Below are positions 1 to 7,332 of a stretch of DNA of 64,000 nt, piece by piece. The DNA is taken from the NCBI GenBank assembly GCA_021803945.1, contig JAJZKW010000002.1:1734-65733 (forward strand), written 5' to 3'. Source of the DNA: Candidatus Micrarchaeota archaeon (GTDB lineage: Archaea; Micrarchaeota; Micrarchaeia; Micrarchaeales; CABMGC01). Every line of letters starts with the position of its first letter. The stretch's first letter is position 1. The translations under genes and the position numbers were made by a program. Below the pieces are notes generated by a model. It was not told where the DNA came from. It did no database searches and saw only the letters and a list, made by a program, of their open reading frames with translations.

Positions 1-1842
1 GGTTTCAAGTGCGGCCTGGAGATACACCAGAGGCTTGCAACAAGGCAGAAGCTCTTCTGCTCGTGCAGTGCAGAGATCACCGGAGACGAAGTCATAGCAC
101 AGGTGTCGAGGAGGCAGCGCGCCGTAGCCGGAGAGCTCGGAGCCATGGACAGATCCACGAGCTTCGAAAGCAGCAGGAAGAGGAAATTCATATACAACAT
201 ATTCAGGAACACTTCATGCCTCGTCGACATAGACGAGGAGCCTCCGCACAAAGTGAACAGGGATGCGATAGATACAGCGCTGCGTTTTGCATCTGCGTTC
301 GGATCAAAGGTGCCTGACGAGATAGAGCCGATGAGGAAGGAGGTAGTGGATGGCAGTGACACCACTGCGTTCCAGAGAAGTATGATGGTCGCCTATGACG
401 GAAAGATAGAGGTAAACGGAAGGCACATACCGATAACATCCATATTCCTCGAGGAGGAGTCAAGCGGGATAGATTCCAGCAGCAACGACTCTGTAGTGTA
501 CAATATAGACAGGCAAGGAATACCATTGATAGAAATAGATACAGACCCTTCAATATCAACTCCGCAGGAAGCCAAGGAAGTGGCCCTAAAGATAGGCTTG
601 ATACTAAGACTAACAGGAAGAAAAGACGGCAATACTATAGCATCAGGAGTCCAGAGAGGGATAGGGACAATAAGACAGGATGTAAACGTATCGATTGCCG
701 GCGGGACAAGGGTCGAGGTAAAGGGCCTGCAGGAAATAGGTTCTGTAGACTTGCTGATAGAGAACGAGGTAGAGCGGCAGATCAGGCTGATAGAGATAAA
801 GAAGGAGCTCGTGGCAAGGCAGGCAAAAGTTGACGGCTCATCCGTAGATCTTTCGAAGATCCTAGGGTCCGTAAGCGGAAATATAATAGGCGACACGTTG
901 TCCAAAGGCGGGATAGTGCTAGGCTCAAGGCTCCAGGGATTTGCAGGCATGCTAGGCATGGAGATAAGTCAGGACAGGAGGCTCGGCAGTGAGATAAGCG
1001 ATTATGCAAAGATGGCCGGAGTAAAGGGAATAATCCACAGCGACGAGGACCTGGGCAAGTACGGAATAGGGGACAGCGAAATAAGAATGATAAGGTCAGA
1101 GCTCGGAGTCAATGATCTTGACTCATTCATACTCATAGCCGCAGACAAGGATGCCTGCACGATGGCAATGTCTTTTGCGCTTGACAGGGCAAGGATGGCG
1201 CTGACAGAAGTACCTCCTGAGACAAGGGCCGTGTCGGATTCAAAGAAGGGCACCACAAGGTTCATGAGGCCCCTTCCAGGAGGCTCGAGGATGTATCCGG
1301 AGACTGACTCGGAGCCAATACTGATAAGCAGGCAATATTACGATGGCATACAGAAGCAGACAGTCTACATGGAAGACAGGCTTGCAGCGATAAGAAAAGA
1401 GATAAGCAACCAGCAGCTCGCAGAGCAGATGGCATACTCTGTAAGGCTTCCCCTCTACGAATACATAACCTCCAATGTCAGCGGAATAAACATCGTGGTG
1501 GCTGCAACGCTGCTTGAGAAGATCAAGGAGCTTGAAAGGTCTGGCATAAGTGTAGATATTGACAAGGATGTGATGGTTCATCTGTTCAAGGCGTATGCGG
1601 CCGGAGAGATAACAAAAGCTGCAATAGGGGAAGTGATGAAGAATTCGCCGAAATCTATAAATGACACCGATAGGATAATAAGTGAAAAGTCGCTTGCAAG
1701 GATATCTGGAGAAAGGCTAAAAGAACTCATACTCAAAGAGAAGAAGGCATCAAAGGGCGACCTGGCGAAGGAACTAATGTCAAAGTACAGGCTGAATGTG
1801 GATGGCGATGAGTTCAATGTGATACTTGGTGATATGAAATGA
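1..1842 (+). CDS. gatE: Glutamyl-tRNA(Gln) amidotransferase subunit E (GatE); 5' end lies outside the window
   Basis: Frame 1 is open from base 1 (GFKCGLEIHQRLATRQKLFCSCS...) and runs in frame into the 103..1842 ORF. It has the GLEIHQ motif and a GatB/GatE-like layout with a helical C-terminal tail. The stop overlaps the next start (ATGA). Confidence 0.85.
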   Translation, partial: GFKCGLEIHQRLATRQKLFCSCSAEITGDEVIAQVSRRQRAVAGELGAMDRSTSFESSRKRKFIYNIFRNTSCLVDIDEEPPHKVNRDAIDTALRFASAFGSKVPDEIEPMRKEVVDGSDTTAFQRSMMVAYDGKIEVNGRHIPITSIFLEEESSGIDSSSNDSVVYNIDRQGIPLIEIDTDPSISTPQEAKEVALKIGLILRLTGRKDGNTIASGVQRGIGTIRQDVNVSIAGGTRVEVKGLQEIGSVDLLIENEVERQIRLIEIKKELVARQAKVDGSSVDLSKILGSVSGNIIGDTLSKGGIVLGSRLQGFAGMLGMEISQDRRLGSEISDYAKMAGVKGIIHSDEDLGKYGIGDSEIRMIRSELGVNDLDSFILIAADKDACTMAMSFALDRARMALTEVPPETRAVSDSKKGTTRFMRPLPGGSRMYPETDSEPILISRQYYDGIQKQTVYMEDRLAAIRKEISNQQLAEQMAYSVRLPLYEYITSNVSGINIVVAATLLEKIKELERSGISVDIDKDVMVHLFKAYAAGEITKAAIGEVMKNSPKSINDTDRIISEKSLARISGERLKELILKEKKASKGDLAKELMSKYRLNVDGDEFNVILGDMK

Positions 1843-2531
1843 AATACGATATTCTAGGATCGAACATGCAGCATCTCAGGGTAACCCTCGAGGAAGGCGA
1901 TAAGATATACGCGGACTCTGGCTCGTTCATAAGCAAGACGCAGAACGTGACCATGGTTCCGAAGCTCGCCGGCGGCGTGATAAGCGCATTGGAAAGGAAG
2001 GCTACAGGAATGACTGCCACTCTAACAGAATTTGCGGTAAAGGATGGGTCTGGCACAGGCGATGTTTCGGTGTCAGGGGTCTTTCCAGGAAAGATATACC
2101 AGGTCACCCTTGCAGAAGGCCAGAAATTCATTATAGAGCGTTATTCTCTGCTTGCGGCGGAATCTTCGGTAACTTACACCATAAAGACGATGAACCTCGG
2201 CGCGATGCTCTTCGCAAAGTCAGGTTACTATCTCCTCGAACTCGTGGGACCAGGGAATGCGTTTATCCACATAGTCGGCGACATAATAGAGCACAACATA
2301 ACCAAGGATAATCTTGTTGAAGTGGATCCCCAGCATGTGGCAGGCTTCGACTCCACCCTTAGTTACAACGTCAAGTCCGTCGAGAACATCAGGACAGCGA
2401 TGTTCGGAGGGATCGGCCTTTTCCTGGCCACTTTCAGCGGCACAGGCAGGCTTATAACGCACAGTGTTTCAAGGCACAAGCTATCCATTGAGATATATCT
2501 GGAGGCGCTAGGTCAGCAGAAGCCGAAGTGA
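1839..2531 (+). CDS. AIM24 / TIGR00266-family protein (DUF124)
   Basis: 230-aa ORF translationally coupled to gatE. It is soluble and beta-rich, with the family-like N-terminus (LRVTLEEGDKIYADSGSF) and C-terminal GGIGLFLATFSGTGRL. Recognised from memory of the family, not searched. Confidence 0.6.
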   Translation: MKYDILGSNMQHLRVTLEEGDKIYADSGSFISKTQNVTMVPKLAGGVISALERKATGMTATLTEFAVKDGSGTGDVSVSGVFPGKIYQVTLAEGQKFIIERYSLLAAESSVTYTIKTMNLGAMLFAKSGYYLLELVGPGNAFIHIVGDIIEHNITKDNLVEVDPQHVAGFDSTLSYNVKSVENIRTAMFGGIGLFLATFSGTGRLITHSVSRHKLSIEIYLEALGQQKPK

Positions 2532-2562
2532 TGGCTTGGGCAGAGCGCTGTACAGGTCGAAG

Positions 2563-3069
2563 ATGTTTGACGTCGAGAAATGCGTAACCCGAATTGCAGG
2601 GAGGAAATTCTCCTTCGACCTGATCAGAAGCGCGAATACCGTCGGCATCGTGCCGATTGCGGATGACGGAAGTATAATACTCGAGATGCAGTACAGGTAT
2701 GTTGTAGGAAAGTACCTGTACGAGATACCTGCAGGACACATTGACAAGGGAGAAAGCCCTGAGCATGCAGCCAGGAGAGAACTCGAAGAGGAAACAGGCT
2801 ACAGGGCAAAGCACATGAGAGTGCTGTTCAGGTGCTATCCTAGCCCTGGGATAAAAACTGAATACGCAACATACTATGTTGCGCACGGACTTGTGAAGAC
2901 CGCCGCCCACCTCGACAGGGACGAAGTAATAGCTACCATAAAGGTAAGCCTTGCAACTGCTCTAAAGATGATAAGGAAGAACCAGATAAAGGACAACAAG
3001 ACAATTGCGTCTATACTTTTCTATACCTCATTTTCGACGAAGCGAAGGCGCCCGCTTGCGCTGTCGTAG
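2563..3069 (+). CDS. NUDIX hydrolase (ADP-ribose pyrophosphatase-like)
   Basis: Nudix box GHIDKGESPEHAARRELEEETGY. I prefer ATG 2563 over the track's TTG 2536. The 3' end overlaps the convergent gene by 49 nt. Confidence 0.85.
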   Translation: MFDVEKCVTRIAGRKFSFDLIRSANTVGIVPIADDGSIILEMQYRYVVGKYLYEIPAGHIDKGESPEHAARRELEEETGYRAKHMRVLFRCYPSPGIKTEYATYYVAHGLVKTAAHLDRDEVIATIKVSLATALKMIRKNQIKDNKTIASILFYTSFSTKRRRPLALS

Positions 3070-3716
3070 TTCTTCAGTTCTTTCCTGTGTTTTTTGTATT
3101 CCGGGCACAGCGTAGAGACTACGCTCCAGAACTTAGCAGAGTGGTTCATCTCCTTCAGGTGCGCAACTTCATGCGATATCACATAATCGAGAAGCCCTTC
3201 AGGCAGCATAGATACTGCATAATTAAGAGTGATCATCCTGTTGCTCTTGCACACTCCCCACTTCCTGCACTTCCTCACCTTTATTCCACTCAAACTCTCG
3301 TTTATCTGCCCAGCCTTCCTGGTTGCAATCTCCCCCGAAAGCCTTAAGGAATCTGCCTTAATCATCCTTTCAATAGCCATGCTTGCCGCAGCATGGCTAG
3401 GCGCATATACCAACAACCCGCTTTCGCTTATGTCTACTTTTGGCCTCGAACCGGATCTAATGTAATTCACATTATATCTCCTTGACCTGTAGAATATGGA
3501 ATCGGAATCAAACAGTCTTATGCAGGACTTTATCTCATTGTAGTGCTTTGATATCCATGGCCTGTGCTTCGAGATCATCTTTTTCATCATCCCTTCATTC
3601 CTTGAGACCACCACAAGCCTGTCTTCGATGAACTTAAGGTATGTGTTCTTTATCCATGGCTTCATGATGAATTCAGCCCTTATCACATTGCCGTCTACTT
3701 CAACATGTCCGTCCAT
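3021..3716 (-). CDS. DUF45/YgjP-like zinc metallohydrolase
   Basis: HEVAHL zinc motif followed by NHSAKFW, typical of the YgjP/DUF45 (M48-related) family. Internal ATG 3716 (MDGHVEVDG) avoids overlap with infB, whose stop is at 3721. Confidence 0.7.
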   Translation of the reverse strand: MDGHVEVDGNVIRAEFIMKPWIKNTYLKFIEDRLVVVSRNEGMMKKMISKHRPWISKHYNEIKSCIRLFDSDSIFYRSRRYNVNYIRSGSRPKVDISESGLLVYAPSHAAASMAIERMIKADSLRLSGEIATRKAGQINESLSGIKVRKCRKWGVCKSNRMITLNYAVSMLPEGLLDYVISHEVAHLKEMNHSAKFWSVVSTLCPEYKKHRKELKNYDSASGRLRFVENEV

Positions 3717-3720
3717 AGAT

Positions 3721-5478
3721 TCACTTCTCCAGTTTTGCATTCCTGTTTATCTCGGCCAGGACCTCAATGAGGTCCTTGTCGTCGTCTGTCAGAAGCTGCT
3801 CGTGTTTGAACTTCAGCGCGCGTATCTCATCGCTCGGTATGAAAGTGTAAAGTATGTCGTTCTCCTTGATCTGCCTGCCGAAAGTGACGTCGGATATCGA
3901 GATCGCGACGCTGTCTCCCTTCTTCGCCTCCTGCTTTCCTATGCCGTTGTCCTGTATCTCCTTTATCCTCCCGATCATATCTCCGTTCTCCTTCATCAGG
4001 AGGTATGATGGCTTTATCCTGCCTGCAGCCACCTCGACACCAAACACTGCGGGGTGCGAGACCCTGAAGCACGAGTTTGGCAGTATCTTCAGTTTCCCAG
4101 GAAAGGTGAGCGCCTTCTCGAGAAGCTCCCTCTCCCGCTTCCTATGGGCATCTATCCAGACCTTGTAATTGTCTATCAGCTTGTAGATTATGTTGGCGTT
4201 AATCACGTCTATGCCAGTGGCCTGCCTCTCCGCCTCAGCGTCGTCCTCGATGCCGACTCCGAACGCAAGTATGACTGCATTGTGTGGGTCTGTAGCGCGC
4301 ATGGAGAATGCGTCAAGCACGTCCCTCTTTGTCACTTTTCCAAGCGCCTTCTTGCTTATGTCGACGTTTATGCTCTTAAGAAGCCTCGATATTGCCTCGA
4401 TGCTGCCTATGGTGTCAGCCTTAAGTATGACTCCAGACTTATCCGAAGCGAACACCTCCTTGAGCTCCGCAGATATCTCCTCCTCGTAGGTCTGGCTCTT
4501 TGTGGATATCACAAGCGATCCAGGAAGCGCGCCATCAAGTCCGCTTCCGCTTATCTTCACTCCTGAAGCAGCGCTGACAAAATCAACATAATAAAACTTT
4601 CCAGCAGATTCCCTCATCTCCTGCAGCGGCTTGGGCTTCAGCAACGCCCTTATCTTCGCGGTATTTATCCCCGATTCTGTCGCAAAGGCCACAGTGTCAT
4701 TTACGGACAGGGTGCCGTTGTACAATATAACATCAAGTGTTATTCCCAGCCCCTTCTCCTCCTTCTTCTCTATTATGCTCCCGACTCCAGGTTCGCCGGT
4801 GTCGATGTCCAGCCGCTTCCCGAGGAACTTCTGGGAAAGCCCTGCGACATACATCAGAAGCTCAGCAATCCCTTCCCCAGTCTTCGCGCTTATCGGCATT
4901 ATCGAGAGCTCCTTTGTCACGTCTGTGACCCTGTCGAACCTCTCGCTCGAGAACCCTGCCTCGCTGAGCTTTCCAACGAGCATGTACAGCTTAGCCTCAA
5001 GCTCCTCCTTCACTCCAGGACTCTGCTTCGAAAAGGATTCAAGGAAACTGGAAGTGCCAGCAGGCCTCCATCCTGTCATAAGGTCTATCTTGTTGGCTGC
5101 CACTATGAAAGGGGTCTTGTACTCCCTCAATATGTCAATGGCCTCATAGGTCTGCGGCTCAAGGTTCTTTGTTATGTCCACGACCAAGATCGCAAGGTCA
5201 GATACGGACCCTCCCCTCCTCCTGAGATTCGTGAATGCCTCATGCCCAGGCGTGTCTATGAACAGGAGCCCCGGTATAGTTATCTCAACGCCCATCTTCT
5301 TGATCAGCGGGCCGCATATCCGCTTCACCACTTCAATCGGGACCTCGCTAGCCCCTATATGCTGCGTTATCCCTCCTGCCTCCTTGCTGGCTATCGCAGT
5401 GTTCCTTATCTTGTCCAGGAGCGAGGTTTTTCCGTGGTCCACATGCCCCATCACAGTTATTATAGGTTGCCTTATCAT
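3721..5478 (-). CDS. infB: Translation initiation factor aIF5B (IF2 homolog)
   Basis: 585 aa. GTPase motifs GHVDHGKT, DTPGHEAF and NKID are present, with the aIF5B domain order. No intein-sized insertion. Confidence 0.95.
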   Translation of the reverse strand: MIRQPIITVMGHVDHGKTSLLDKIRNTAIASKEAGGITQHIGASEVPIEVVKRICGPLIKKMGVEITIPGLLFIDTPGHEAFTNLRRRGGSVSDLAILVVDITKNLEPQTYEAIDILREYKTPFIVAANKIDLMTGWRPAGTSSFLESFSKQSPGVKEELEAKLYMLVGKLSEAGFSSERFDRVTDVTKELSIMPISAKTGEGIAELLMYVAGLSQKFLGKRLDIDTGEPGVGSIIEKKEEKGLGITLDVILYNGTLSVNDTVAFATESGINTAKIRALLKPKPLQEMRESAGKFYYVDFVSAASGVKISGSGLDGALPGSLVISTKSQTYEEEISAELKEVFASDKSGVILKADTIGSIEAISRLLKSINVDISKKALGKVTKRDVLDAFSMRATDPHNAVILAFGVGIEDDAEAERQATGIDVINANIIYKLIDNYKVWIDAHRKRERELLEKALTFPGKLKILPNSCFRVSHPAVFGVEVAAGRIKPSYLLMKENGDMIGRIKEIQDNGIGKQEAKKGDSVAISISDVTFGRQIKENDILYTFIPSDEIRALKFKHEQLLTDDDKDLIEVLAEINRNAKLEK

Positions 5479-5543
5479 CGCCGCGCACCCGAGTAAGCTT
5501 TAAGAATTCTATTAACTATATAATCTGCATATACTATTTAAAG

Positions 5544-6119
5544 ATGGCGAAATTTATGGAGAGAGCACTTGTCCTGGTAAAGCCCGACGGCGTGGAAAGG
5601 GCGCTTATCGGAGCTGTAATAAAGAGGTTCGAGGATTCAGGCTTGAAGGTCGTGGGGCTTAAGATGGTGAAGCCCACAGAGACCGTAGTCGGAAAGCATT
5701 ATACAGATGACAAGGAATGGCTGCTCAGCGTAGGTGCGAAGGCCAAGCAGTCGGCAAAGGAGAAAGGCAGCGAATCAAAGGAGACTGAGATGGAGATAGG
5801 CCGCAGGATAAGGTCGCTGCTCATCAGTGAGCTTACAAAAGGGGTCGTAGTCGCATTCGTGCTAGAGGGCAACTCTGCAGCCGAGGCTGCAAGGAAGATT
5901 GCAGGAGGGACGGAGCCAAGGAGGGCAGACCCGTCATCCATAAGGGGGACGTATTCCACCGACAGCTACTCCATGGCTGATCAGAAGAAGAGGCCGGTAA
6001 GGAACATAGTACATGTATCGGAAAATGGCGAGATAGCAGAGAAGGAGATAAAGGTGTGGTTCAGCGAATCGGAGCTCTTCAAGTATGAAAGGGCGGACGA
6101 GGAAGCGATGTACGGCTGA
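5544..6119 (+). CDS. ndk: Nucleoside-diphosphate kinase, long variant
   Basis: N-terminus ERALVLVKPDGVER and ...SSIRGTY...NIVHVSE align to NDK. At 191 aa it carries an insertion after HYTDDKEW, and the active-site box reads HVSE rather than HGSD. Confidence 0.8.
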   Translation: MAKFMERALVLVKPDGVERALIGAVIKRFEDSGLKVVGLKMVKPTETVVGKHYTDDKEWLLSVGAKAKQSAKEKGSESKETEMEIGRRIRSLLISELTKGVVVAFVLEGNSAAEAARKIAGGTEPRRADPSSIRGTYSTDSYSMADQKKRPVRNIVHVSENGEIAEKEIKVWFSESELFKYERADEEAMYG

Positions 6120-6254
6120 AAGCTTCTTTACAGATAGATGCACATTTTCATTGTTCCATATCCTATGTGTTTGAGGTGTTACGGCTTTTGGCAAGCATAA
6201 TATTCACGAGCGCGTGGGCTTCGGGATACACTACTCCCTGAGAGAATCTCTTAG

Positions 6255-6578
6255 TCATTTCTTTTCTAGTATGTCTCCGAACGATCTGATAAAATAAGCT
6301 CTTGCCTCACTGAGGGCCCTATTGCCATCCTTTGTCAATGAGTATACTATCAGCTTGCCCGACCTCTTGCCTGTTATCAGTCCTTTTTCACTCAGATCCC
6401 TGAGTGCAGGATAAAGCGTGCCGGCCTTAGGCTTCTCCCCCCTTCTCTTCTTTATCTCTTCTGCTATGCCATCCCCGTGCATATCCTTCTTTGTAAGCAG
6501 CCATAATATCTGGAACGAGAGGAAGCCCCTCATGTCACAGTAGCACGATCCCATAGCACCAACACACATATATGACAT
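6255..6578 (-). CDS. PadR-family winged-helix transcriptional regulator with Cys-containing N-terminus
   Basis: FLSFQILWLLTKKDMHGDGIAEEIKKRRGEKPKAGTLYPALRDLSEKGLI is a typical PadR wHTH. The N-terminal CVGAMGSCYC precedes it. Confidence 0.75.
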   Translation of the reverse strand: MSYMCVGAMGSCYCDMRGFLSFQILWLLTKKDMHGDGIAEEIKKRRGEKPKAGTLYPALRDLSEKGLITGKRSGKLIVYSLTKDGNRALSEARAYFIRSFGDILEKK

Positions 6579-6615
6579 CCTATATATTTAAATACTTATA
6601 TATGATATCCTATAT
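6568..6615. promoter_or_regulatory. Two 18-nt direct repeats ATATATGA(C/T)ATCCTATAT, 30 nt apart, in the padR / Cys-repeat gene divergent promoter
   Basis: Copy A is 6568..6585 and overlaps the padR start codon. Copy B is 6598..6615 and ends 12 nt before ATG 6627. There is one mismatch between copies. Confidence 0.5.
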
Positions 6616-6626
6616 CAGGTGTATAA

Positions 6627-6923
6627 ATGAACGATAAGCAATGTAATTGCGACAATGAAGGCGGCAAGCAGTGCTCCTGCGGAAGCATGAATGAGGGGCA
6701 GTGCGGCTGCGGAAGTGGCGGAGAGAAGCAGTGCAGCTGCGGAAACAGCGGAGGAGGGCAGTGCGGCTGCGGAGGCAGAGGCCACATGCAACACGGGAAA
6801 ATGAGGGAATTCTTCACAACCGATGAGATAATAGATGGTCTCAAGGAGTACAAGAAGACGCTTGCAAAGGAGATTCTTGGAATAGACGAGAAAATAAAGA
6901 AGATAGAGAAGGAAAAAAAGTAA
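6627..6923 (+). CDS. Cys-rich repeat protein (5x QCxC[G/D]) with C-terminal coiled-coil; DUF5320-like architecture
   Basis: 98-aa ORF with 10 Cys in five CxC pairs at an exact 10-aa period, then a Lys/Glu-rich helix (EYKKTLAKEILGIDEKIKKIEKEKK). Divergent from padR, with a TATA-like GTATAAATG immediately upstream. Confidence 0.65.
   Translation: MNDKQCNCDNEGGKQCSCGSMNEGQCGCGSGGEKQCSCGNSGGGQCGCGGRGHMQHGKMREFFTTDEIIDGLKEYKKTLAKEILGIDEKIKKIEKEKK
6630..6779 (+). repeat. Five in-frame 30-nt tandem coding repeats
   Basis: GCAGTGCnnCTGCGGA recurs at 6668, 6698, 6728 and 6758, with a degenerate copy (CAATGT) at 6639. The period is exactly 30 nt. Confidence 0.9.
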
Positions 6924-6963
6924 TTTCCTTCCAGTTTTTTAATTTTTGATATCCTGAGGCACA

Positions 6964-7269
6964 TCACAGGTTCATACTCATCCTTGCCTCATCGCTTATC
7001 ATTTCAGGGCTCCATGCAGGATCCCAGACGAGGTCTATGTCAACGTTGCCTGCGTCGTGAAGATGCTCTATCCTGAGCTGTACGTCCGCAAGTATTACGC
7101 TTGTGACAGGGCACATCGGGCTCGTCATGGTGAGCGTTACCTTTACATTGTTGCTTTCGTCTATCCTTATGCCTTGGATCAGGCCAAGGTCTACTATATT
7201 CAGTCCTATCTCCGGGTCTACGCATCCCTTCAGCGCGGTTATTATCTCCGCAATAGTTATCCTTGTCAT
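6964..7269 (-). CDS. DUF59 / MIP18-family Fe-S assembly protein (SufT/PaaD-like)
   Basis: 101 aa with DPEIGLNIVDLGLI...TLTMTSPMCP, the canonical DUF59 signature including the conserved Cys. Confidence 0.8.
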   Translation of the reverse strand: MTRITIAEIITALKGCVDPEIGLNIVDLGLIQGIRIDESNNVKVTLTMTSPMCPVTSVILADVQLRIEHLHDAGNVDIDLVWDPAWSPEMISDEARMSMNL

Positions 7270-7332
7270 ACAGCATCCATTCTCTTTTTTGGTATTTAAT
7301 ACCTACTCCTTCATGCTCCAGAGCGTCACGAT

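Noticed and set aside
9-317. A 102-aa ORF at the window start.
   Set aside because: It is out of frame within gatE. The gatE reading frame is open from base 1 and carries the conserved GLEIHQ motif.
6630-6779. A regular 30-nt periodic repeat that at first glance could suggest a mini CRISPR-like array.
   Set aside because: The repeats are contiguous with no spacers. They are in frame within an ORF that has a start, a promoter and a sensible C-terminal domain, and they encode QCxCG units. This is a coding tandem repeat.
7291-7303. Palindrome GGTATT-T-AATACC upstream of the DUF59 gene.
   Set aside because: It sits exactly where the TATA box of a leaderless transcript is expected (22-34 nt from the ATG). 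It is most simply a TATA element that happens to be symmetric.
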